Positions 1-8,646 of a stretch of DNA of 64,000 nt are shown piece after piece (within the stretch, counting starts at the first letter, position 1; each line of letters starts with the position of its first letter). The position numbers were made by a program, and so were the translations under genes. Origin of the DNA: Elusimicrobiales bacterium (GTDB lineage: Bacteria; Elusimicrobiota; Elusimicrobia; Elusimicrobiales; UBA9959); contig JAILAB010000064.1 in assembly GCA_024681855.1 (NCBI GenBank), positions 3,190-67,189 on the forward strand, read 5' to 3'. A model generated the notes under the pieces. The model was not told where the DNA came from and did not search any database. It saw only the letters and a list, made by a program, of their open reading frames with translations.

Positions 1-614
1 CTTGGAAATGCCGGTCCAGGGCCAGGAGCTTCGGAGGCAAGCTTTTCAACTTCCGGGCCGCCAGGATAAGGCAGCTTAAGAAGCTTAGCAACCTTGTCAA
101 ATGCTTCTCCCGCAGCATCATCGCGAGTGCGCCCTAGAATTTTATAATCGCCATAACTGCGGACAAGCCACATTTCAGTATGCCCGCCGGATGCCAGCAA
201 GCCTATCAGAGGAAATTGCAAAGGCTTTGCAATTCTTCCGTTTTCAAGCTCGCAAGCCAGCAGATGGCCTTCAAGATGATTTACTCCGATAAGAGGAACA
301 CCGCATAATCTTGCTGCTGTTTCAGCAGCTACCCTGCCAACCATAAGCGAACCTGGCAGGCCGGGCCCCCTGGAAAAAGCTACTGCGTCTACGCATCCTT
401 TTTCAAATTTTTCTATTCCTGCATCTTTTAAAGCTGCTTTAAGAACAGAAGGCATTTTCTCAAGATGCGCGCGGCTGGCAAGCTCCGGAACTACGCCATT
501 ATAAGAACTATGCAATGGAATTTGAGTATAGACGCAATCTGACAGCAGCTTATTCCCATCCAGAACAGCTGCTGATGTTTCATCGCAGGTTGTCTCTATA
601 GCAAGTATTCTCAT
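1..614 (-). CDS. tsaD: tRNA N6-adenosine threonylcarbamoyltransferase TsaD, 3' end cut by window edge
   Basis: Minus-strand ATG at 612-614 opens MRILAIETTCDETSAAVLDGNKLLS. Further in frame are VPLIGVNHLEGHLLA, GGHTEMW and DDAAGEAFDKVAKLLKLPYPGGP, the Kae1/TsaD signatures. It is absent from the ORF track because no stop lies inside the window. Confidence 0.85.
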   Translation of the reverse strand, partial: MRILAIETTCDETSAAVLDGNKLLSDCVYTQIPLHSSYNGVVPELASRAHLEKMPSVLKAALKDAGIEKFEKGCVDAVAFSRGPGLPGSLMVGRVAAETAARLCGVPLIGVNHLEGHLLACELENGRIAKPLQFPLIGLLASGGHTEMWLVRSYGDYKILGRTRDDAAGEAFDKVAKLLKLPYPGGPEVEKLASEAPGPGPAFP

Positions 615-620
615 AGAAGC

Positions 621-2057
621 TTATTTGCTGCTTTTCTTATCCTTATCCCCATTTTCCGCTGCTGAATTTTCCTTTTTTTCTTCAGATTTTGAGCCATCTT
701 TAGTTTCTTTATTCATTTGGCTAAGCTTTCCAAGCACATCACGCGCCCGAAGCAGTTCCGAAGCCCTTATTATTACTTCATCTTTTACTTTTTCTTCCTT
801 AGCGCTCTTTTTTGAAATGCCATTATTTTTGCTGCCAGCCTTATCTGAGGAAGCAGCTTTCTTATCAGTTTTCTTTGCTAAACTCTCATCAGGGTAATGT
901 ATATCTTCTTTCTGTTCCTGCAAAAGAAGCTGTTTTTCTTTCTCTAAGGTTTGAGTTACCGTAAAATCAGGAACAATGCCGCCAGTTTTATTTTTGACAT
1001 CGCGCAAAATAGAACGGCCGTTTGGAGTATAATATTTAGCCACAGTTATTTTAAGCGCTGACTTATCTGACAGAGGAATCATTGACTGCACGCTCGCCTT
1101 GCCAAAAGAACGTTCGCCTATAATCAGAGCTCGCTTATGATCCTGCAATGCCCCAGAAACTATTTCGCTGGAAGAAGCTGAAAAGCGGTTCACAAGAACA
1201 GCAAGAGGGATGTCCGGATACGGAGCTTTTGAGCCAGCACGGAACTCCTGATAATTTTCCTTGCGGCGGCCCTTTGTGTAAACAATCATTTTTTTATCAC
1301 CGATGAACATCTTTGAAATGTCAATTGCTCCTGTCAGAAGACCGCCAGGATTATAGCGCAAGTCCAATATAAGAGAATCCATCCCCTTAGCAAGCATGTC
1401 TTTCATGGCTTTATGAAAGTCTTCAGTGACATGGCCGGTAAATTCCACTATCTTGATATATCCAACTTTGTCATCTATCATGTGCCATTTCACATTGTCA
1501 GAAATAATTATCTCCCGTTTCATGACCAGCTCTTTTTCAGTTCTTTTCTTGCCTTCGCTGTCTTCGGCTCTGGAAATAGTTATTTTTATGACTGTGCCGG
1601 GAATGCCGCGCATTTTTTTAACTGAATCTTCAAGAGTCTGGTCTTTAGTGGAAACGCCGTCAATCTTCACTATGCGGTCGCCAGGCATTATTTTTGCTTT
1701 CCATGCAGGCGTTCCAGGCATAGGAGTAGCAACAGTAAGCCAGCCGTCGCGCACCTCAACCCTAATGCCTAATCCGCCAAACTCGCCATCGGTATCGCTT
1801 TTAATCCTCTCATACTCATCAGGCTCCATGAAAACTGAATAGTCATCAAGGGAAGCAGTCATGCCCTTTGCCGCTCCGTATATGAGTTTTTTAGGCTCAA
1901 CTTCCTCAACATAGTTATTCCGTATTAAAGTCATAACATCTATGAGAATCTTCAGGCCTTCATAAGTTTTGTCCATGGCATGATTTAGATATGGGAAAGA
2001 TATGCCAATGAACATTGCAATGACTGTAACGGCAAAAAGTCTGCGGGCTTTAATCAT
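621..2057 (-). CDS. S41 carboxyl-terminal processing peptidase (Ctp/Prc-like) with PDZ domain and Lys/Ser/Glu-rich C-terminal tail
   Basis: 478 aa with an N-terminal membrane anchor. PDZ-like segment PGTPAWKAKIMPGDRIVKIDG. S41 Ser/Lys contexts NRFSASSSEIVSGALQD and GERSFGKASVQS. Confidence 0.8.
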   Translation of the reverse strand: MIKARRLFAVTVIAMFIGISFPYLNHAMDKTYEGLKILIDVMTLIRNNYVEEVEPKKLIYGAAKGMTASLDDYSVFMEPDEYERIKSDTDGEFGGLGIRVEVRDGWLTVATPMPGTPAWKAKIMPGDRIVKIDGVSTKDQTLEDSVKKMRGIPGTVIKITISRAEDSEGKKRTEKELVMKREIIISDNVKWHMIDDKVGYIKIVEFTGHVTEDFHKAMKDMLAKGMDSLILDLRYNPGGLLTGAIDISKMFIGDKKMIVYTKGRRKENYQEFRAGSKAPYPDIPLAVLVNRFSASSSEIVSGALQDHKRALIIGERSFGKASVQSMIPLSDKSALKITVAKYYTPNGRSILRDVKNKTGGIVPDFTVTQTLEKEKQLLLQEQKEDIHYPDESLAKKTDKKAASSDKAGSKNNGISKKSAKEEKVKDEVIIRASELLRARDVLGKLSQMNKETKDGSKSEEKKENSAAENGDKDKKSSK

Positions 2058-2143
2058 AAAATCTCCGATTGCCTATAAAAGGCAAATATAATTATATTAT
2101 AACTAATTTATAATTCCATGCGTCATAGTGAATGGCCAAATGA

Positions 2144-3376
2144 CTATCTTAGCCAGTCTTCCGGGTTAAGCTGCTTGCTATTGAAAAGTATGAAAAACCA
2201 ATAAAATTTCTTGCCCGGATACCTGCTGTTTACCTCTTCCCTGTCCTTTCCTGCCCTGCCAAGAACAGTTCCAGGAGATACAGAATCTCCTTTCTTTACT
2301 TTTATATCTTCAAGAAGGCCATAGGAAGTATGCATGCCATTGCCATGGCTTACGAATACCATTCGGCCTAACACATCCCCTATATTTTCAACAAACTCAA
2401 CTTTTCCCCCCATTACGGCTTTTACGCTCTGCCCTTGCGCAACGGCAATCTTAGTGCCAGGCATCATCTTGGAATAATGCTCTATTACAGTCCCTTGAGC
2501 AGGCCATGCAAGCGAATTTGCCGGTATCGGCATGGAAGAAGGTTTAGCAGCCGGCACTGAAAGATTCGTTTCCTTCTCATTTTTAGAATTCTTAGTTTTT
2601 TTGGCATTAGCTTCGGTTTTTTTTCTTTCTTCCTCTTCCCTTGCCTGCGCAGCCCGGAAAAGCTTTTCCAAGGAGGCCTTAGCGGCTTCAAGCTTTGCCT
2701 CTTCAGCCAACAGAGTCTGTTTTCTTTTTTCTTTCTGCCCTATTTCGCGCTGTATGCCCTTGCGGCGGCTGTCCACGGAATTAAGTTTTTTCTGTGCATA
2801 AGCTCTGCCAGTCTCAAGCTGGCGTCCGGCACTGTCAATGCGATCCGCTTTCTTTTGAGCCTGGGATTTCTCCCAATTTATTCTGTCAAGCCTTGAGAAA
2901 GTCTCAAGAAGGACTTCTTTCAGCAGCATATTTTTTGCAAGATCATTTTTGCCATAGTAGTCCGAAGCCATTGCTTTCTGCCGGAATTGCAATAAAAAAA
3001 CGCCAGTAAAGTCTCCCGACAGCCTTTTTCTGGCTGCCTCAAGAGAATCTAAGTTTTTATGCAGCTCAGCTGAATCTTTCTTATTTTTTTCAAGCTGCCC
3101 GGCCAGCTCTTTAAGCTTAGCTGAATTTTGTTTTTTTGATTTTTCAAGCTGTGAAAGCTGAGACTGAAGCTGCTGTCTCTCGCTGTCAAGCTTTTTCTGC
3201 CTTTTACGATTATCTTGAAGTTTTTTATCTGTCTCAGCAATTTGAGATTTAGTCTGTCCGGAAGATGACTGAGCTGCCAGCATTTCCGGCAAAAACACAA
3301 AAGAAAAAAACAAGGCAGCTGTTATTGCCTTTATTTGGAAAAAATGAAAATGCCTGATCATCTGCGCAGCTTCCAT
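2144..3376 (-). CDS. Coiled-coil M23/LytM-domain protein, EnvC-like murein hydrolase activator (metal ligands apparently lost)
   Basis: Signal peptide, then a long Q/K/E-rich coiled-coil, then a C-terminal LytM-like fold (VFVSHGNGMHTSYGLL, KKGDSVSPGTVLGRAG). The HxxxD and HxH positions read GTKIAV and FYWFFILF. An alternative ATG at 3359-3361 forms an ATGA overlap with the ftsX stop. Confidence 0.65.
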   Translation of the reverse strand: MEAAQMIRHFHFFQIKAITAALFFSFVFLPEMLAAQSSSGQTKSQIAETDKKLQDNRKRQKKLDSERQQLQSQLSQLEKSKKQNSAKLKELAGQLEKNKKDSAELHKNLDSLEAARKRLSGDFTGVFLLQFRQKAMASDYYGKNDLAKNMLLKEVLLETFSRLDRINWEKSQAQKKADRIDSAGRQLETGRAYAQKKLNSVDSRRKGIQREIGQKEKRKQTLLAEEAKLEAAKASLEKLFRAAQAREEEERKKTEANAKKTKNSKNEKETNLSVPAAKPSSMPIPANSLAWPAQGTVIEHYSKMMPGTKIAVAQGQSVKAVMGGKVEFVENIGDVLGRMVFVSHGNGMHTSYGLLEDIKVKKGDSVSPGTVLGRAGKDREEVNSRYPGKKFYWFFILFNSKQLNPEDWLR

Positions 3377-4155
3377 CTTCTAAGCCCCCAGCTGAACATA
3401 GAACAGCATAAAAGAAAAAGAATCTGGGCTAAAGGAGAAGTCCAAGACCAGAACATGCTTTCATTTTTTACAGGATAAAGGAAAATTGTTGTTAAGACTA
3501 AAGCGGCAAGTCCGGCAAAAAAACCGGCAGAAAAAAAAGAAAAATCGCTTGTAAGCAAGGCTTGGAAAGCATCTGAAACAGAATTTTCATGCGCAAGGAC
3601 AATAAAAACAAACATAAAACAGGAAAAAGAGGCAAATAAAAGAGCAACAGAAGTAAGCTGCTTGTAAAATAACAAATGCCGCACAGCCCAGGCTTCCTGT
3701 TTTTTGTACTGCACATCAGTAACGCCATCAAAAACAAGCATTGATGCCGCAAGGCTTTCAAGATTAAGCATTGAATCAACGCTAACTTTAGCTTCCCATG
3801 TATCTGGCAGCGGATTTTTGCCCGAAGAAAGCACGGAATCAACAAGCTGAGGATCTTCCTGTTTAATTCTTTCCAACATATCTTTTTTGCTTATGAATAC
3901 AACTCTTTCCACACCAGGAAGGTTCTCTATATTTATTTTTACATTGTCCAATGCCGATTCAGACATTTTTGAATCAGCAGTAAGCAATAGCGTAAAATCT
4001 TTAGAGACCTCCTCTGCCAGCTTGCCAGCCTGAGCATTAACAAATATAAGCATTTCAGCAAGCAGGGCTGCCGCAAACACTATAAGCCCGGCAAAGCGAT
4101 AATCCTTTTTTATCCGCAAAGTTAATGGTGTTTTATCTGATAGCTGTTTTTTCAT
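3358..4155 (-). CDS. ftsX: Cell-division permease-like protein FtsX
   Basis: 265 aa. One N-terminal TM, an extracytoplasmic domain with NLPGVERVVFISKKDMLERI and GKNPLPDTWEAKV (FtsX ECD pattern), then three C-terminal TM helices. Confidence 0.75.
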   Translation of the reverse strand: MKKQLSDKTPLTLRIKKDYRFAGLIVFAAALLAEMLIFVNAQAGKLAEEVSKDFTLLLTADSKMSESALDNVKINIENLPGVERVVFISKKDMLERIKQEDPQLVDSVLSSGKNPLPDTWEAKVSVDSMLNLESLAASMLVFDGVTDVQYKKQEAWAVRHLLFYKQLTSVALLFASFSCFMFVFIVLAHENSVSDAFQALLTSDFSFFSAGFFAGLAALVLTTIFLYPVKNESMFWSWTSPLAQILFLLCCSMFSWGLRRWKLRR

Positions 4156-4239
4156 AATATATAAATTGTTAAAAACTTATAATAATTAAACATAAAACAA
4201 TATAAAAGTGTCAATGAGCCTCATGAGGAAGAATCATCT

Positions 4240-5793
4240 ATGATGTTAAACCATATATTAAAACTTATTCTAGAGATATGCTGGCCTGTAATGCTTTTTT
4301 TTACATTTAAGTTTCTTATTTCTTTTATCAAAAGAGAACACAAAGCCGCAATTATATGCCTTGCGATAATTGGAATCACAATGCTTTATGGAAATTTTAC
4401 CGCTCCTGTGCGCGGCGGATATGACAACAATCATGATTTTCAGAGCATGGGAAAAAGAATATCAAATACAAAGATACTTTTTTTGTTTAAAGAAGTTTCC
4501 CCAATTTTTTTAAAATCTCCAATAGACATTGCCTCAAACTACAGCCTGGCTGCTTTACTCACATTTAACAGGGCATTGCCCTTGCTATCATTGTTTTTAT
4601 TTTATGCAGGACTGCGTTCAATAGGCTCTGGAATCATCTCAAGCCTGCTGGCTTCCGTATTCTTATTTTTAAACTTTCATCTATTTCTAAACGCTTCTTC
4701 TTTCAGCACAACATCAGCTAACTTCTTTATATTAATATCTTCTTTTACAGCTTTTTCAGCATGTTTTGCTAAACAAAAGATTGTCTGTGAAGACATAATA
4801 TGGCTTTTTTCAGCAATAATAATTACATCTATGGCTAGGATAGAAACAGTGCCTGCCTTGTTCATAATGGGAATTGGATTATTATATGAAAAAGGAAAAG
4901 TTAAAGTTCCGATTTTAAACTCTTTTTCCAGCAAATTTTTAAGCATACTAGGAACAATATGTCTCATGCCATGCCTTTATTTCCAGCTTTTTAGATTATC
5001 TTGCAACAGCATTAAATTAGCTCGCATAAATAATCCATTTATTGTATTCAATATGCAGATGATAGAAGAAAATCTGGCTATTTTATTTAGCCCAGTTCCA
5101 GCTGAGGCCTTTCCGAAAAACAGCGATATTGGAATTGGAACATTTATTTTCATTGCAATAATTATATGCATTTTTTTCTATGTAAAAGATAAAAGAAATT
5201 CTGGCAGAATACCCGCCTTAGCTTATTTGCTTACAGCGATATATTTTTCAATAATATATTATTGGCAAGATAACTATCCGCTGCATTTTATGAGACACAG
5301 GCTTTTTTTTATGATTCCTTTTGCAGCCTTAATTCCATTTTTGCTTAGACATATTAATAACATTATTTCTAAAATTAAAATATCAAGACAGCTTAAATAT
5401 TTCTTTTCAGCATTCTTTTGCATATCATACTTTTTATTAAATATCTCTACGGCTAAGGCATTAAACAATGAGCTAAGGTCAAATGATTTGGAATGGGCTC
5501 TTCTTCTGAAAGAACAAAAATTTATAAGAGAAAAATATTTAGTGACAACAAGAATTCTATCAGCCAAACAAGACATGTTAAATCTTTATTATAGGAATGA
5601 CAGTTCTAAACCATTAAAAAGAATTATATACATGCCTTCTGATTACATAACTCGTACAAAGAAAAGAAATTGGGAAGTAAGATATGCCGTTCCATTCAGG
5701 ACAATAAAATTCAAACATGCTTTCCACACCACTTTTCCAAATGAAACACATGAAAAAATAATCATTCAGCCAGGATTTTATTTGCCAAAATAG
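4240..5793 (+). CDS. Polytopic membrane protein of unknown function, possibly GT-C-type glycosyltransferase
   Basis: 517 aa with more than 10 hydrophobic helices and a soluble C-terminal ~100 aa. Very AT-rich coding sequence. It is the only plus-strand gene in the first 17 kb. The family assignment is a guess from topology. Confidence 0.5.
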   Translation: MMLNHILKLILEICWPVMLFFTFKFLISFIKREHKAAIICLAIIGITMLYGNFTAPVRGGYDNNHDFQSMGKRISNTKILFLFKEVSPIFLKSPIDIASNYSLAALLTFNRALPLLSLFLFYAGLRSIGSGIISSLLASVFLFLNFHLFLNASSFSTTSANFFILISSFTAFSACFAKQKIVCEDIIWLFSAIIITSMARIETVPALFIMGIGLLYEKGKVKVPILNSFSSKFLSILGTICLMPCLYFQLFRLSCNSIKLARINNPFIVFNMQMIEENLAILFSPVPAEAFPKNSDIGIGTFIFIAIIICIFFYVKDKRNSGRIPALAYLLTAIYFSIIYYWQDNYPLHFMRHRLFFMIPFAALIPFLLRHINNIISKIKISRQLKYFFSAFFCISYFLLNISTAKALNNELRSNDLEWALLLKEQKFIREKYLVTTRILSAKQDMLNLYYRNDSSKPLKRIIYMPSDYITRTKKRNWEVRYAVPFRTIKFKHAFHTTFPNETHEKIIIQPGFYLPK

Positions 5794-5891
5794 CCTTAAT
5801 TAAACATATTACTTTCATTAAATAGAGAGCTTTATCAAAAAAACTCTTGAACTCTCAAAATATCCTAAAGGCAGATTAAAGAGTCATACAC

Positions 5892-5921
5892 AAAAAAAGG
5901 GCGTTTTTCGCGCCCTTTTTT
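5892..5921. terminator. Bidirectional rho-independent terminator between convergent genes
   Basis: aaaaaaa-GGGCG-tttttcg-CGCCC-tttttt. A GC stem is flanked by an A-run and a T-run, between the 4240-5793(+) and 5947-7245(-) stops. Confidence 0.7.
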
Positions 5922-5946
5922 ATTTATATTTCAGTTCTATTGCAGA

Positions 5947-7245
5947 TTACAGCAGTTCAGCCACAAGGCCTGCAAGCCTGCTGCGCTCAGTCTTGGAGAA
6001 TGTCAAATGGCCATAAATATCTTGACCGCGCATTCTGGAAATAAGATAAGTAAGACCGTTTGAAGACACGTCCAGATAAGGGCTGTCAATCTGATAAGGA
6101 TCTCCTGTAACAACGACCTTAGTATCTTCGCCAGCACGCGACAATATTGTCTTCATTTCATGCGGCGTAAGGTTCTGCGCATCATCCACAATCATATACT
6201 GGCCGGGCAATGAGCGGCCTCTTATATGTGACACTGAAGCCATTTCAATTTTTTCATTGTCAATCAGATACTGAAATTTCTCAGCGGCGGAATCCTGGTG
6301 TTTCTTATCCATAAGTATTTCCAGATTATCATAAATAGCGCCCATCCAGGTAGCCAGCTTCTCATCTTTAGAGCCGGGAAGGAATCCGATGTCTTTGCCT
6401 ACGGATACAATAGGACGGCAGATTACTAGCTTACGGTAAAGATTCTGTTCTACGGCCTGCTGCAAGCCGCAGGCAAGCGTAACAATGGTCTTACCGGTTC
6501 CTGCTGAGCCTAGAAGCGTAACAAGGTTAATTGAAGGATCCATGAGAAGCTCCATTGCGCAACGCTGTTCCTTGCTGCGAGGCTTTATGCCCCATGGCGC
6601 AGGCTCCGATGAAAGAAGCTTAATTTCAGAAACATCTTTACATACCCTTGCAATAGCTGTTTTTTTGTTATCCTCATGAGCCCTAAGCACAACAAACTCA
6701 TTGGGGGCTAAGCCTTCCACAGGGCATGCCGTTTTTTTCTCTTTATACAGGGAATCTATCAGTGAAGCAGGAACTTCCTTTTCAGAAATGCCGCTATAAA
6801 GCTCGTCCACATCCACTTTATCGGTGGTATAATCCTGAACAGTAATGCCAAGAGCTTCAGCTTTAAGGCGCAGGTTGATGTCTTTAGAGACAAGCACCAC
6901 TTTATGTTTTTTCTTTAAATGGTGCCAGGCATTATTGAGAATGCGGTTATCCATTTCCGCAAAGCTCAGCTCTCTAGGAAGCACATTTTCCTGATTCAGC
7001 TCAACTATTAGAGTTCCTCCATTGTCCAGCGGCACTCCCTTATTGAGCTTGCCTTTGACACGCAGCTCGTCAAGCTTTCTGGAAACAACCCTTACTGCGC
7101 GGCCTCTCTCGTCTGAATGAACTTTAAACCGATCAAGTTCCTCAATAACTGAAATCGGAATTATGACCGTATTATCTTCAAATCTGGTAAATGAAAGCGG
7201 ATCATGTATAAGAACATTTGTGTCAAGAATGAACATTTTTTTCAT
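5947..7245 (-). CDS. PIN-domain / PhoH-like ATPase fusion (YlaK-type)
   Basis: N-terminal PIN pattern MFILDTNVLIHDP. Walker A LLGSAGTGKT. PhoH C-terminal motifs IVDDAQNLTPHEMKTILSRAGEDTKVVVTGDPYQID. Confidence 0.8.
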   Translation of the reverse strand: MKKMFILDTNVLIHDPLSFTRFEDNTVIIPISVIEELDRFKVHSDERGRAVRVVSRKLDELRVKGKLNKGVPLDNGGTLIVELNQENVLPRELSFAEMDNRILNNAWHHLKKKHKVVLVSKDINLRLKAEALGITVQDYTTDKVDVDELYSGISEKEVPASLIDSLYKEKKTACPVEGLAPNEFVVLRAHEDNKKTAIARVCKDVSEIKLLSSEPAPWGIKPRSKEQRCAMELLMDPSINLVTLLGSAGTGKTIVTLACGLQQAVEQNLYRKLVICRPIVSVGKDIGFLPGSKDEKLATWMGAIYDNLEILMDKKHQDSAAEKFQYLIDNEKIEMASVSHIRGRSLPGQYMIVDDAQNLTPHEMKTILSRAGEDTKVVVTGDPYQIDSPYLDVSSNGLTYLISRMRGQDIYGHLTFSKTERSRLAGLVAELL

Positions 7246-7393
7246 AGAAATTTTCTCCTGCGCAGCTCCATTTTAACGAGCTGATGTTTTTTTTATTTTA
7301 GCATAAATTATACTCATGCCATGAGAAACATTGCAATAAATCTAAGATAAATTTCCAATAATTTCAAGCAAGCACAGTCAAATGGTTAAAATA

Positions 7394-8590
7394 TCAGTAC
7401 ACTCTTGAAATGATGCACTTCAAGTATTCTCCTTCCGGATATTCAGCGGCTACCGGGTGATCGCCGCCTGCCCCTGATTTGCGCAGCATCTGTATCCTGC
7501 GTCCGGAAGCATGAGCGGCTCCGCGAAGAATCCATGAAAATTCCTTCATGTCCACCAGGCCGCTGCATGAGCAGGTGGCGAATATGCCGCCTTTGTTTAC
7601 AAGAGAAAGGGCAATTCTGTTAAAATCACGGTATTTGAATAATCCTCGCTCATAGTCATCCCGGCTGGAAATAAGTTTATACGGATCCAGAATCACAATG
7701 TCAAACTTTTTCTTATTCTCTATCATCTGCCGCATATACATAAAAGCATCTCCGCATACGGCATCAATCCGCACCTGATTTATATTAGCATTGCGTTTTG
7801 CCTGTGCCAAGGCATCAGAATCCAGTTCAACGCAAGTTACTGACGAAGCACCAGATTTTGCGGCATAAATTCCAAATCCGCCAGTATATGAGCATAAATC
7901 CAGCACAGTCTTTCCTTTAGCCAGCGATGCTATGAATTTTCTGTTTTCCCGCTGGTCGCAGAAAAAACCCGTTTTAAAGCCGGATTTTAGGTTTACCTCA
8001 AAGAGAATTCCATTTTCATTTATCCGAACCCTGTTCTTCTTTTTTTCATCTGGAGCAGGCAATTCAAAGCCTTCCATTTCCTGTGTATAAGCTGTTGCGC
8101 GGTAATGAAATTCAGCATCAGGGAAAAATTTGCGGAATGCGGCCTCAATTCTAGAGGCTAGCTTATACATTCCGAAGGAATAAAATTCCAACACAATATT
8201 GCCATTGTAATAATCTGCGGTAAGTCCAGGCATGCCATCGGCATAATCATGTATCAGACGACATGCGTTAGACATATCAAAAATGCGCAATATGTCTTTG
8301 CGCAGCTCAACGGCCATTCCTATTTTTTCTTCCAGATATTTATCAATAGAAAATTCAAGAGGATTTTCTCTTGTAAGTATGCGCAAGCTTATCTGGCTGT
8401 GGGGATTATAAAGCCCTATGCCATAAATATTGCCGTTTTTATCATAAACCGCCACAAGATCTCCATGTCTGGCATTGCTATCAGCATGTGAAATCATGCG
8501 CCTGTAAGCATTCGGGCCCGCAGGAGCATGCGAAAGCCTAACTTTTGGCAGCTGAGCTGAGCCATTAATTTCCTGTTCCGTGTTATCCAT
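7394..8590 (-). CDS. rlmI: Class I SAM-dependent 23S rRNA m5C methyltransferase, RlmI-like (PUA + MTase)
   Basis: 398 aa. PUA-like N-terminus (GDLVAVYDKNGNIYGIGLYNP), SAM motif VLDLCSYTGGFG, and VILDPYKL plus CSCSG catalytic-Cys context. Confidence 0.65.
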   Translation of the reverse strand: MDNTEQEINGSAQLPKVRLSHAPAGPNAYRRMISHADSNARHGDLVAVYDKNGNIYGIGLYNPHSQISLRILTRENPLEFSIDKYLEEKIGMAVELRKDILRIFDMSNACRLIHDYADGMPGLTADYYNGNIVLEFYSFGMYKLASRIEAAFRKFFPDAEFHYRATAYTQEMEGFELPAPDEKKKNRVRINENGILFEVNLKSGFKTGFFCDQRENRKFIASLAKGKTVLDLCSYTGGFGIYAAKSGASSVTCVELDSDALAQAKRNANINQVRIDAVCGDAFMYMRQMIENKKKFDIVILDPYKLISSRDDYERGLFKYRDFNRIALSLVNKGGIFATCSCSGLVDMKEFSWILRGAAHASGRRIQMLRKSGAGGDHPVAAEYPEGEYLKCIISRVY

Positions 8591-8646
8591 AGAAAACTCC
8601 TAATATACGCCGTCTTACAATATTTGCATCATTGCGGCAGGCAAAA

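Noticed and set aside
7263-7298. Hairpin CAGCTC-n9-GAGCTG followed by T8 in plus orientation, between two minus-strand genes
   Set aside because: It looks like an intrinsic terminator, but only on the plus strand, where there is no gene to terminate. On the minus strand it has no U-tract. It could stop antisense transcription or be coincidental, and I cannot support a feature call.
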